DNA from: Myxococcota bacterium
GTDB lineage: Bacteria > Myxococcota_A > UBA9160 > UBA6930
Length of the DNA: 64,000 nucleotides
Assembly (NCBI GenBank): GCA_965223415.1
Contig: OZ245002.1
Location: 4,416,001 to 4,480,000 of the forward strand
Direction of reading: 5' to 3'
Shown: positions 8,846-20,447 of the stretch, in pieces
Numbering within the stretch: position 1 is the first letter of the stretch
Layout of the letters: each line of letters starts with the position of its first letter
Translations under genes and position numbers: made by a program
The notes under the pieces: generated by a model
What the model saw: only the letters and a program-made list of their open reading frames with translations
Databases searched by the model: none
What the model was told of the DNA's origin: nothing

Positions 8846-9615
8846 GCTGCGTGCTCCCCGCGGAAGAGCGCCAGGGGGTCGTTGCCGCCCAGCACCTCCG
8901 CCGTCGCGCCCTCGGTCACCAGGGCTCCCCGGTGCAGCACGGCGGCCCGCTCGCTCAGCGCTCGCGCCTCCGAGAGATCGTGGGTGCAGAGGATCAGCGT
9001 GTGTCGGCCGTGCAGCCCCCGCAGCACGCGGCGCACCTCCTCCTGCTGGAGCGGATCGAGGCCGCTCGTCGGCTCGTCGACGATCAGGAGCGGCGGGTCG
9101 AGCAGGAAAGCCTGGGCCAGGGAGACCCGCTGCTGGAAGCCCTTCGAAAGCTGGCCGATCCAGCGCCCGGCCACGTCCTCCAGCGAGAAGCGCTCGATCA
9201 CCCGCTCGATGGCGGCGTCCAGGTCTCCGCCGCCGAGATCCCGCGCCGCGCCCGCGAAGCGCAGGAAGGCGCGGACGCGCAGGTCCGGATAGATGCGCGA
9301 GGTCTCCGGCACGTAGCCCAGGCGGCGGCGCACCTCGGCCGGCTCGCCGGCCGGCGAGAAGCCGTCGACCCGCACTTCGCCGCCCGAGGGCAGCAGCACG
9401 CCGGTCACGAGGCGGATGAACGTGGTCTTGCCGGCGCCGTTCGCTCCCAGCAGGCCGAAGGCCTGGCCCGGCTCGATCTCCAGGTCGAGGTGGTCCAGGG
9501 CCACGTGGCTGCCGAAACGGCGCGAGACCGCGCGCGCGGCGACGTGGGCCCCCTTCTCGGCAGCGTCCGCTCGCTCCGACGCCGCGCCGGTCTTCCCCTG
9601 TTCCTCGCTGCTCAC
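8842..9615 (-). CDS. ABC transporter ATP-binding protein (GldA-like)
   Basis: Walker A GANGAGKTT, LSKGFQQR, IVDEPTSGLDP. Confidence 0.92.
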   Translation of the reverse strand: MSSEEQGKTGAASERADAAEKGAHVAARAVSRRFGSHVALDHLDLEIEPGQAFGLLGANGAGKTTFIRLVTGVLLPSGGEVRVDGFSPAGEPAEVRRRLGYVPETSRIYPDLRVRAFLRFAGAARDLGGGDLDAAIERVIERFSLEDVAGRWIGQLSKGFQQRVSLAQAFLLDPPLLIVDEPTSGLDPLQQEEVRRVLRGLHGRHTLILCTHDLSEARALSERAAVLHRGALVTEGATAEVLGGNDPLALFRGEHAA

Positions 9616-9706
9616 TCTGTCGGGCCCCGCTTGCCCATGGTACGCCGGCCAGTGGGCCCGCGTTTCACCGTACGGGAGGACACCGTGACGCTGCCGGCCG
9701 ATCCAC

Positions 9707-10990
9707 TCACAGCCGCTCCAGCACCTCGAAGAAGTCGGGCCAGGTCTTGGCGACGCAGCCCGGGTCCCGGATGGCCACCTCGGGCACCCGCAGCCCGGCC
9801 AGGGCGAAGGACATGGCCATGCGGTGGTCGTCGTAGGTCTCGATCGCCGCGCCGTGGAGCGGGGCCGGCGCGACGCGCAGCCAGTCCGGCCCCACCTCGG
9901 CCCCGGCGCCCAGCCGGCGCAGCTCGGTGCGCAGGGCGGCGAGGCGGTCCGTCTCCTTCAGCGGCAGGTGGCCGAGCCCGGTGACCGTGGTCGGGCCGTC
10001 GGCGAAGAGCGCCACGACTGCGAGGGCGAGGACGGCGTCGGGGAAGGCGTTGCCGTCCACCTCCGTGCCGCGCAGCGGGCGGTCCGGGGGGCGGCGCACG
10101 ACCACCGCCTCCGGGCGGCGCTCCACGGTGCAGCCCATCGCCTCGAGCACGTCGAGGAGCAGGAGATCGGTCTGGCGGGAGTGGGCCGGGATGCCTTCGA
10201 CCGTCACCTCGCCGCCGGCGATGGCCGCGGCGCAGAAGGGGTAGACCGCGGACTGGGCGTCGGGCTCGACGGCGTAGCGGCACGGCTGGTAGCCCTTCGC
10301 CGCGACGACCAGGCCGGCGCCGCCCCGCCAGGCCACCTCGGCGCCGAAGGCCCGCATCACCTCCAGGGTGAGCTCGACGAAGGGGCGGGAGACGAGCTGG
10401 CCGTCGGCCAGGGCGAGCTCCACGTCGCGGGAGGCGCAGGGCGCCGCCAGGAGCAGGCCCGAGACGAACTGGCTCGAGCGGCTGGCGTCGATGGTCGCGC
10501 GTCCCCCCGGCAGGCCGCCGCCCGCGATGCGCAGCGGGGGACAGCCGTCGCGGCCGAGGACCTCGACCGGCGCGCCCAGGGCGCCCAGCGCCGTCACCAG
10601 CTCCTGGATGGGGCGCGCTCGCATGCGCGGGGTGCCGTCCAGCTCCGAGGGGCCGTCCGCCAGGGTCGCCACCGCCGTCAGGAAGCGCGCCGTCGTTCCG
10701 GAGGCGCCCACGTCGAGCCGTCCCGACGCGATCAGGCGGCCTCCGCGGCCTTGCACGCTCCAGGCCTCGCGGCCGCGGGCCACATCGATGCCGAGGGCTG
10801 CGAGCCCGTGGGCCATGGCGAGGGTGTCGTCGCTCCCGGTCGCCCCCAGGAGCCGGCTCGTTCCCGGGGCCAGGGCCGCCGCCACCAAGGCGCGGTTGGT
10901 GATGCTGCGGGAGCCGGGCGGGCGAAGCCGCGCCTCCAGGGGGCCGCGGGGTCGCACGGGGAGGGGATCGGGAAGACGGGACGCGACCAT
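9707..10990 (-). CDS. aroA: 3-phosphoshikimate 1-carboxyvinyltransferase
   Basis: PGSRSITNRAL, GASGTTARF, SSQFVSGLL, KETDRL, DHRMAM. Confidence 0.95.
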   Translation of the reverse strand: MVASRLPDPLPVRPRGPLEARLRPPGSRSITNRALVAAALAPGTSRLLGATGSDDTLAMAHGLAALGIDVARGREAWSVQGRGGRLIASGRLDVGASGTTARFLTAVATLADGPSELDGTPRMRARPIQELVTALGALGAPVEVLGRDGCPPLRIAGGGLPGGRATIDASRSSQFVSGLLLAAPCASRDVELALADGQLVSRPFVELTLEVMRAFGAEVAWRGGAGLVVAAKGYQPCRYAVEPDAQSAVYPFCAAAIAGGEVTVEGIPAHSRQTDLLLLDVLEAMGCTVERRPEAVVVRRPPDRPLRGTEVDGNAFPDAVLALAVVALFADGPTTVTGLGHLPLKETDRLAALRTELRRLGAGAEVGPDWLRVAPAPLHGAAIETYDDHRMAMSFALAGLRVPEVAIRDPGCVAKTWPDFFEVLERL

Positions 10991-11180
10991 GGCCGCCGAC
11001 CGTAGGCAAGCCCCCTCCGCGTTGACACCCCCGGGGCCGTCGGCCACCCTCCTTCCTCTGGTGGGTCTCGGCGGCCCGCGCGCCGCCCCCGCCCCGGGGC
11101 CGTGCCGGGCGCGCGCGACCCCCGACCGACCCCGGCACCGCTCTGGCCGGAGTCCAAGAAGCCCCACTCGAGGAGAGACC

Positions 11181-14059
<2,879 letters not shown>

Positions 14060-14074
14060 GCTCCGGGGGCCGGG

Positions 14075-15067
14075 ATGAAGAAGCTCCTCGCTTCGCTGGT
14101 CGTGCTCGGGGTCGGCGCGCTCGCCCTGCTGGGCCTGGCGCTGCGCGCGCCAGCGCCCCCGGCCGCTCCGGAGCGGGGCTTCGCGCTGGCCGGCGTGAAC
14201 CTGGTCGAGCCCGGCGGCAGCCGGCGCGAAGCGACGACGCTGCGGGTCGAAGGGGGTCGGATCGAGGCGATCGGCGAACGGGAGGCCGGGGCCGACGAGC
14301 GCTTCGCCGGCGCGACCGTGCTGCCCGGATTGACCGACATGCACGTGCACTTCCCGGCGCTCGGCCTGCCCGGCGACGACGCCTACACCGGCCTGCTGCT
14401 CCTCGCCCACGGCGTCACGACCGTGCGGATCGCGGGCGGCACGGCGCCGGAAGACGCCGGACGCCTGCGTGCCGAGAGCAGGGCAGGCCGCCTGCCGTTT
14501 CCGCGGGTCTTCTCCTGCGGCCGCTGGCTCGACGGCCCGGAGCCGGTGCTGCCGGGCGGCCGTGCCGACCCGGTGCGCTTCATGACCGACGCGGACTTCG
14601 CCATGGTCGAGCGCGCCTTCCGACGCATGCAGTGGACCGCCGGCCGCCTCCACGCCGCCGGCATCCCGCTCCACACAGGCACCGACTGCAATGCGCCCAA
14701 CGTGGTGCCGGGCGCGAGCCTGCACCGCGAGCTCGAGCTGCTGGTCGGCGCCGGCCTGGTGCCCGAGCAGGCGCTGGCCCTCTCGACCCGGGCCTCGCCG
14801 GCGTTCCTGGGCGTCGAGGGAGCGGGCAGCCTGCTTCCCGGTGCGCCCGCGGACCTGGCGATCTTCCGGGAGGATCCGACGCGGGACATCGCGGCCCTCG
14901 CGACGCTCCGCGCCGTGGTTCGCGACGGTCGTCTCTACACGCGGGAAGAGCTCGAGGCCCGCCTCGCGGGGTACCGCCGCCACTACGAAGGCGCGGGCTT
15001 CCAGGGCATCGTCATGCCCACCCTGCGAGCGGGCCTGCGTGGCCTCGTCGCCTGGCTGCGCGACTAG
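14075..15067 (+). CDS. Amidohydrolase family protein, probably internally deleted
   Basis: PGLTDMHVH, GVTTVR, GTD, PADL present; central barrel strands appear absent. Confidence 0.7.
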   Translation: MKKLLASLVVLGVGALALLGLALRAPAPPAAPERGFALAGVNLVEPGGSRREATTLRVEGGRIEAIGEREAGADERFAGATVLPGLTDMHVHFPALGLPGDDAYTGLLLLAHGVTTVRIAGGTAPEDAGRLRAESRAGRLPFPRVFSCGRWLDGPEPVLPGGRADPVRFMTDADFAMVERAFRRMQWTAGRLHAAGIPLHTGTDCNAPNVVPGASLHRELELLVGAGLVPEQALALSTRASPAFLGVEGAGSLLPGAPADLAIFREDPTRDIAALATLRAVVRDGRLYTREELEARLAGYRRHYEGAGFQGIVMPTLRAGLRGLVAWLRD

Positions 15068-15363
15068 CAATCCAGCCGCGACCGCCACCGACGCGGGTGG
15101 CGAGTGTCTCGGCTCGCGGTCTTCCTCCCAGACCTCGAGCACCCGGCGGCACGGCCGGGCCGATCTTCCATGAGTGAGGCCGGTGGTCCCCTCGGCCCTT
15201 CTCTTCACTCACCCCGCCGGCGCATCTCGCTCCCGGCAGGTCGGACGATCGCAACGACGCTCGCCTCCCGCGGCCCCCGCCCCGGTCTCCTCTGGCTCTC
15301 CACTGCGCCAAGGCCAGCGCCTCCAGATTCGACCGCGACGGGGTAGGGGGTGGCATGTCCAGC

Positions 15364-15392
15364 ACCCTACTCGAAGAAAAAGCGAAAATCAA
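15364..15392 (-). promoter_or_regulatory. sigma70-like promoter divergent from tRNA-Lys
   Basis: TTGATT-17 nt-TAGGGT on minus strand in an AT-rich patch. Confidence 0.5.
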
Positions 15393-15473
15393 CACGAAAA
15401 CTGCAGGGCAGGCGAAAATGGTCGCCGTCGACAGTCCCAGGGCCGGTTGGTACTCCAGACCAGGACGGGATTC

Positions 15474-15546
15474 GGGCCGTTAGCTCAACTGGTAGAGCAG
15501 GGGGCTTTTAACCCTCGGGTTCTGGGTTCGAGTCCCAGGCGGCCTA
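15474..15546 (+). tRNA. tRNA-Lys(TTT)
   Basis: GGGCCGTTAGCTCAACTGGTAGAGCA, anticodon loop CTTTTAA, GGTTCGAGTCC; CCA not encoded. Confidence 0.95.
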
Positions 15547-15563
15547 CCGTTCGGCCTCGCCGA

Positions 15564-16196
15564 ATGACGAAGACGATTCGCACCGAGCTTCCTCCTGGAT
15601 TCCTCGCCGCCAAGGCGCGGATGACGCGCCGCTACCTGGCCCACTCGGATCCGCGTCAGCAATCCGGGTTCGGAGGGGGCGCAGAGCGCTGGGCCAACGA
15701 GCGGCGGCCCATCCTCGGGCCGGTCGACCGCGACGGGAGCCTCCTCGATCTCGGCTGCGCCAACGGGTACCTGCTCGAGTGCCTCGTGGCGTGGGCCGCG
15801 GAGGATGGCTTCGAGCTCGAGCCCCACGGCGTCGACCAGTGTGAGGAGCTGATCGAGCTCGCGCGGCAGCGGCACACGCGCTTCGCCTCCCATTTCCACA
15901 CGGACGACGTCTGGTCGTGGGAGCCGCCGCGCCGCTTCACCCATGTGTACACGCTGGCCGACGTTGTCCCGGAGACGCATCTGCAGGCCTACCTGCAACG
16001 ACTGCTGGATCGCGCCGTCGAGCCCGACGGCACGCTGATCGTGGGCTCCTACGGCAGCCACTCGCGGGGGCTCCGTCCCCTTGAGCTCGAGGCGCTCCTG
16101 CGCCGGTACGGCCTCGAAGTCGCGGGCTCCGTTCGAGCGGGGCCGGACGAGGTGGTGCGCTTCGCCTGGGTCACCCGACCCCGGGTGGTACGATGA
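15564..16196 (+). CDS. Class I SAM-dependent methyltransferase
   Basis: LLDLGCANG, HGVD motifs. Confidence 0.85.
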   Translation: MTKTIRTELPPGFLAAKARMTRRYLAHSDPRQQSGFGGGAERWANERRPILGPVDRDGSLLDLGCANGYLLECLVAWAAEDGFELEPHGVDQCEELIELARQRHTRFASHFHTDDVWSWEPPRRFTHVYTLADVVPETHLQAYLQRLLDRAVEPDGTLIVGSYGSHSRGLRPLELEALLRRYGLEVAGSVRAGPDEVVRFAWVTRPRVVR

Positions 16197-16218
16197 GGCT
16201 CCAGCCGGAGGATTCCCG

Positions 16219-16632
16219 ATCCGCATCGCACGCTGGCTCCTCGGCGGAGCCGCCATCCTGGTCGTCGCCTTCTTCGGCCTGGTGCTCCTCGCATCGGAGT
16301 CGGGGGAGGTGGTCACCCTGCGAACGAGGGCCCCGGACGGCGGAACGGTCACGACGCGGCTCTGGGTCGTCGACCACGCCGGCTCCGAATGGGTCCGGAC
16401 CGGGCACCCCGGGAAGGGCTGGTTCACCCACGTCGTCGAGGATCCCCGCGTCGATTTGGAGCGCGCCGGCTCCCGCAGCGCCCGGCTCGCCGTCCCGGTG
16501 CGCGAGGGCCCGGTCGTCGGCGAGGTCAACGGGGCGTTCACCTCGAAGTACGGTGTGGCCGACGCGATCGTGGCGCTCTCGGGGGACGCGAGCCTGCGCG
16601 TGCCGGTGCGGCTCGACCCGGAGCCCCCGTGA
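16219..16632 (+). CDS. Membrane-anchored split-barrel (deazaflavin-dependent nitroreductase/DUF2255-like) protein; start uncertain
   Basis: N-terminal TM, VVTLRTR..G..TTRLWVV, W...KYG; SD GGAGG precedes ATC at 16219. Confidence 0.6.
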   Translation: MRIARWLLGGAAILVVAFFGLVLLASESGEVVTLRTRAPDGGTVTTRLWVVDHAGSEWVRTGHPGKGWFTHVVEDPRVDLERAGSRSARLAVPVREGPVVGEVNGAFTSKYGVADAIVALSGDASLRVPVRLDPEPP

Positions 16633-17060
16633 GCGGCGACCTCCGCCCGCTCGTCCACGCCGCGCGCGACGCGCTCCGGAATGCCTATGCCCCGTACTCG
16701 AAGGTCCGCGTCGGGGCGGCTGTCCGGTCGGCGGCGGGAGCCACGTACACGGGCTGCAACGTCGAGAACGTCTCGTTCTCCTCGAGCGCCTGCGCCGAAC
16801 GCAACGCGATCGCAGCTGCGGTGTGCGCGGAGGGCCCGGGCTTCGAGCTCGAGGCGATTGCCGTCGTGGCGCTGACGGGCGACGGCCAGTCCATCCCCCT
16901 GTCGCCGTGCGGTGCGTGCCGCCAGGTGATCGCCGAGTTCGGCGATGCAGCGCAGGTCGTCACCGAGGGCGCTTCCGGCGAGGTGCGGAGCCTCGCGATC
17001 GCCGAGCTGCTGCCACACCCGGTCGCGTACGCGCCATCGCCGGGGCGGGAGATGCCATGA
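16629..17060 (+). CDS. cdd: Cytidine deaminase
   Basis: AYAPYS.VRVGAA, GCNVEN, CAE, SPCGACRQ. Confidence 0.93.
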   Translation: MSGDLRPLVHAARDALRNAYAPYSKVRVGAAVRSAAGATYTGCNVENVSFSSSACAERNAIAAAVCAEGPGFELEAIAVVALTGDGQSIPLSPCGACRQVIAEFGDAAQVVTEGASGEVRSLAIAELLPHPVAYAPSPGREMP

Positions 17061-17713
17061 CCCACTTCGAAGACCTCGCGTCCCTCCTCACCCCCGAGAA
17101 GCTCCCCTATCCGAGCGGCGTCGAGCGCCTTCCGGACGGGATCCTGCACGTGGCCGTGCTGACGCGGATGCCCGGCGTCACGCCCGCCATGATCGAGTGG
17201 TGGTTCGGTGACTACATGGAGACGACCGAGCACTACCGGCGCTGGCATCCCCGCGACCACGTGTGGATGGACTGGGAGGACAAGGAGCCGGGAACCCATG
17301 TCGGCGCGAAGCACCTCGTGCACGAGTACATCGGCGGGCGCATGAACAAGCTGCGGATCTCCTTCGTGCCGCCGGAGGAGTTCGGCTTCGGGGCGGTGCG
17401 GCAGGTGCCGGGTGCTGCCGCGATCTGTGCGCGGGCGGGCCTCCTGGACCGTCCGATCGACCTCGGGCGGATGGTGCACCTGGCGTTGCCGAGGTCGTGG
17501 GGCTGCGAGCTGCACAGCCGGTTCTGGCTGGGCTACGTGCGCTCGCGGGGGGGATCCGGCCGGCTCGACGCGCTCGCCAACCGCCCCTGGGTGCGCCGGC
17601 TCGCGACGCGCGTCTCCTCGGGACGCGCTCTGCTCGTGCACTGCCACGAGGAGATGACGACCCTTGCGGGGTTCCTCCCGGATCTCTACGCATCGGAGTC
17701 GAAGGCGTCGTAG
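17057..17713 (+). CDS. PhlG/DAPG hydrolase family protein
   Basis: MPGVTPAMIEWWF, YRRWHPRDH, EYIGG, SRFWLG, HCHEEM..LA.FLP.LY. Confidence 0.8.
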   Translation: MTHFEDLASLLTPEKLPYPSGVERLPDGILHVAVLTRMPGVTPAMIEWWFGDYMETTEHYRRWHPRDHVWMDWEDKEPGTHVGAKHLVHEYIGGRMNKLRISFVPPEEFGFGAVRQVPGAAAICARAGLLDRPIDLGRMVHLALPRSWGCELHSRFWLGYVRSRGGSGRLDALANRPWVRRLATRVSSGRALLVHCHEEMTTLAGFLPDLYASESKAS

Positions 17714-17773
17714 TCGCGGCGCGGGTCGCCGGGGAAGGCCGGCCCCCTCCCTGCGGCCATGGGGCCACCTCCC

Positions 17774-18244
17774 ATGACGAACCTGGAAGAGAAGATCGCG
17801 AACGTCTTCGCGCCGGTTCCTCGCCCGGCAGCGGGGAAGCTCCTTCACCCGGACAGTCGGGACCCGGCGGCGATCGTACCCTTCGAGCCGTGGGAATCGT
17901 GGCAGGAGGTCCCGAAAGAGATCCTCTGCCGGCATTGGGACGCGCTCAGCTTCTTCGGCCCCGAGGCGTTCCGCTTCTTCCCGCCGGCCTTCATGGTCGC
18001 GACGCTTCGCCTGTACCGGACGTCGACCGAGTACGTGTCGGACGCGACGGTCTTCGAGCTCCAACCCCACTCGGACTACGCGCGCTCGCGGTATGCCCTC
18101 TTCACACGCAAGGAGTGCGAGGTGGTCGTCGAGTTCCTGGAGCGGATGGCGGCTTCTCCGGAGCACGCGGACGCGGAGGCTGCGAAGTACGCACTCCGGG
18201 AGTTCTGGTCGTCTGCAGCGAGGGGTCGCGGCCGAGGCGCATGA
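17774..18244 (+). CDS. Hypothetical protein (DUF6714-like)
   Basis: ALSFFGPEAFRFFPPAFM segment; genome-typical codon usage. Confidence 0.55.
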   Translation: MTNLEEKIANVFAPVPRPAAGKLLHPDSRDPAAIVPFEPWESWQEVPKEILCRHWDALSFFGPEAFRFFPPAFMVATLRLYRTSTEYVSDATVFELQPHSDYARSRYALFTRKECEVVVEFLERMAASPEHADAEAAKYALREFWSSAARGRGRGA

Positions 18245-18297
18245 GACGGCCCGCCGCCGTGGGCGTGCCGCCCGCCGACCCGCGCTAGCGTCGGGCG

Positions 18298-19473
18298 ATG
18301 AGCGATCGCCTGCGCACCTCCCTCTTCTACCTCCCCTCGATCGGGAGCCGCGCCGAGGTGAGCCGCGGCATGGCCGGGCTGCGGCGAGATCTCTACGGCC
18401 GGATGCTGGACGAGATCGGCGAGCAGGCCCGCCTCGCCGACGATCTCGGCTACGACTCGATCTCCTTCACCGAGCACCACTTCCACGTCGAAGGCTTCGA
18501 GCTCTCGAACAATCCGATCCTGCTCGACCTCTTCGTCGCCATGCAGACGAAGCGCATCCGCGTGGGCCAGCTCGGCATCGTGCTGCCGTCCCAGAACCCG
18601 ATCCGCATCGCCGAGGACATCGCGATGCTCGACCACATGAGCGGAGGGCGTGCCTGTGCCGGCTTCGCGCGGGGCTACCAGCGTCGCTGGGTGGACGTGC
18701 TCGCCCAGCAGACCCACGGCATCCACGGCGCCACGCCCCACGAGCACGACGCTATCGACGAGGCGAACCGGGAGGCCTTCGAGGAGTGCTACCGGCTGAT
18801 CAAGCGCGCCTGGACCGAGGACCTGCTGGACTTCGAGGGGAAGTACTGGCGGGTGCCGGCGGGACCGACGCCCTGGGAGCTGGAGGCGACGCGCACGATG
18901 GGGGGCGGCGTCGCGGACGGTGTGGTTCGCCAGGTCGGGGTGGTGCCGAAGCCGCTGCAGGAGCCCCATCCGCCGATCTTCCAGCCCTTCGCTTCCTCGG
19001 AGCGCAGCATCCGTTGGTGCGCGGAAGAGGGCATCACGGCGGTGCTCCCGCCGCTCCATCCCAGCCTCGAGGCCCGGCTCTTCGAGCTCTACGCGGAGGT
19101 CTCGGGCCGGGCGCTCGGGGAGGGGATCGGCGTGCTGCGCGACGTCGTCGTCGCCGATACCGACGAAGAGGCCCAGGCCCTGTGGCACGACTCGGGCATC
19201 TTCGTCGGCGCCGCCTGGTTCGAGCCCTTCGGCTTCTCGAAGGGGATGGTGGATCCGGCGACCGGCGCGGGCCCCGACATGCTAGGCGAGAGCCTCGCTC
19301 TGGTCGGCTCCGTCGACACGGTCTGCCGCCAGCTCGAGCGGCTCACGGGCCGCCTCCCCGCCCGCTGGCTCTTCGCTTGGACCTACAACGGCTTCATCCC
19401 CCACGACAAGCTGATGCGCTCGATCGAGCGCTTCGCCACCGAGGTCCTCCCGCGCGTGGGCCTCGCCCCCTAG
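18298..19473 (+). CDS. LLM-class flavin-dependent oxidoreductase
   Basis: SFTEHHF, PIRIAEDIAMLDHMSGGR, PKPLQEPHPP. Confidence 0.9.
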   Translation: MSDRLRTSLFYLPSIGSRAEVSRGMAGLRRDLYGRMLDEIGEQARLADDLGYDSISFTEHHFHVEGFELSNNPILLDLFVAMQTKRIRVGQLGIVLPSQNPIRIAEDIAMLDHMSGGRACAGFARGYQRRWVDVLAQQTHGIHGATPHEHDAIDEANREAFEECYRLIKRAWTEDLLDFEGKYWRVPAGPTPWELEATRTMGGGVADGVVRQVGVVPKPLQEPHPPIFQPFASSERSIRWCAEEGITAVLPPLHPSLEARLFELYAEVSGRALGEGIGVLRDVVVADTDEEAQALWHDSGIFVGAAWFEPFGFSKGMVDPATGAGPDMLGESLALVGSVDTVCRQLERLTGRLPARWLFAWTYNGFIPHDKLMRSIERFATEVLPRVGLAP

Positions 19474-19519
19474 GGCATTCGCCCGAGTTCCCGTGGCAGC
19501 GGAGCGCGTCCGTTCCCGC

Positions 19520-19547
19520 TCAAGGCCCCTCGGGCCGCACCCGATAG
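19520..19547 (+). promoter_or_regulatory. sigma28(FliA)-like promoter candidate
   Basis: TCAAG-15 nt-CCCGATAG. Confidence 0.35.
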
Positions 19548-19574
19548 GGCCGCGAGGGGAGGGGGACGGAGATC

Positions 19575-20447
19575 GTGCGTCATCTGCTCGCGTTCCTGTC
19601 GCTGGGGCGGCCGTGCTTTCCGGACACGCTGAGCGCGGGCGATCCGGTCGAGCGCCACGTCTACATGGAGCTGACCATCGAGCGGCTGGCGGGCGTGGCG
19701 CGTCCGCTCCGGGTGCTCGAGATCGGCAGCTGGCTCGGCTTCTCCGCCCTTACCTGGGCCGAGGCCCTCGCCCGACGCCCCGAGGGCGGCAGGGTCCTGT
19801 GCGTGGATCCCTGGGTTCCCTACCACACCCCGGAAGACGCCCGGACCCTCGAGTTCCCCCAGCGGATGGACGCGGCCCTGCATGCCGACGTGCCCTACCA
19901 CGTCTTCCTCCACAACGTCCGCACGGCGCCGGAGGCGGTGACGATCGATCACCTGCGCGGGCGGTCTCGCGACGTCCTCCCCTACCTGCGCGACGGCTAC
20001 TTCGACGTCGTCTACGTCGACGGCTCCCACTACTACCTGGACGTGCTGGACGATCTGCGCGAAGCCGTCCGGCTCACCGCCTTGGGCGGCATCCTCTGTG
20101 GCGACGACCTGGAGCGCCAGATCGGCGAGAGCGATGCCGCCCGCGGCATCGAGGGCGTGAGCGAAGAAGAGGTGCTCCGCGACGGCGGTACCGACACGAA
20201 ACTGCTCGAGAACGACGGCTTCTATCACCCCGGGGTCACCCGGGCGGTGGCCGAGGTGCTCGGCCGCGTCCCCTGCTGGGACGGCTTCTGGGCGGTGGAG
20301 CGCACGGCGGACGGCGTGTGCGATCTCGCCCTCGCGCCCGGCGAGCCCTTCGTGCCCGGTCACTTCGGCCCCGGTGAGCGCCTCCGCATCCAGGCGCCGG
20401 CGGCGGCCTGGACCTCGCCTTCCCCGCCCCCCGGGAGTCCGACATGA
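19575..20447 (+). CDS. Class I SAM methyltransferase (Methyltransf_24-like)
   Basis: VLEIGSWLGFS, CVDPW, VYVDGSH.Y..V..D, GGILCGDD. Confidence 0.88.
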   Translation: MRHLLAFLSLGRPCFPDTLSAGDPVERHVYMELTIERLAGVARPLRVLEIGSWLGFSALTWAEALARRPEGGRVLCVDPWVPYHTPEDARTLEFPQRMDAALHADVPYHVFLHNVRTAPEAVTIDHLRGRSRDVLPYLRDGYFDVVYVDGSHYYLDVLDDLREAVRLTALGGILCGDDLERQIGESDAARGIEGVSEEEVLRDGGTDTKLLENDGFYHPGVTRAVAEVLGRVPCWDGFWAVERTADGVCDLALAPGEPFVPGHFGPGERLRIQAPAAAWTSPSPPPGSPT

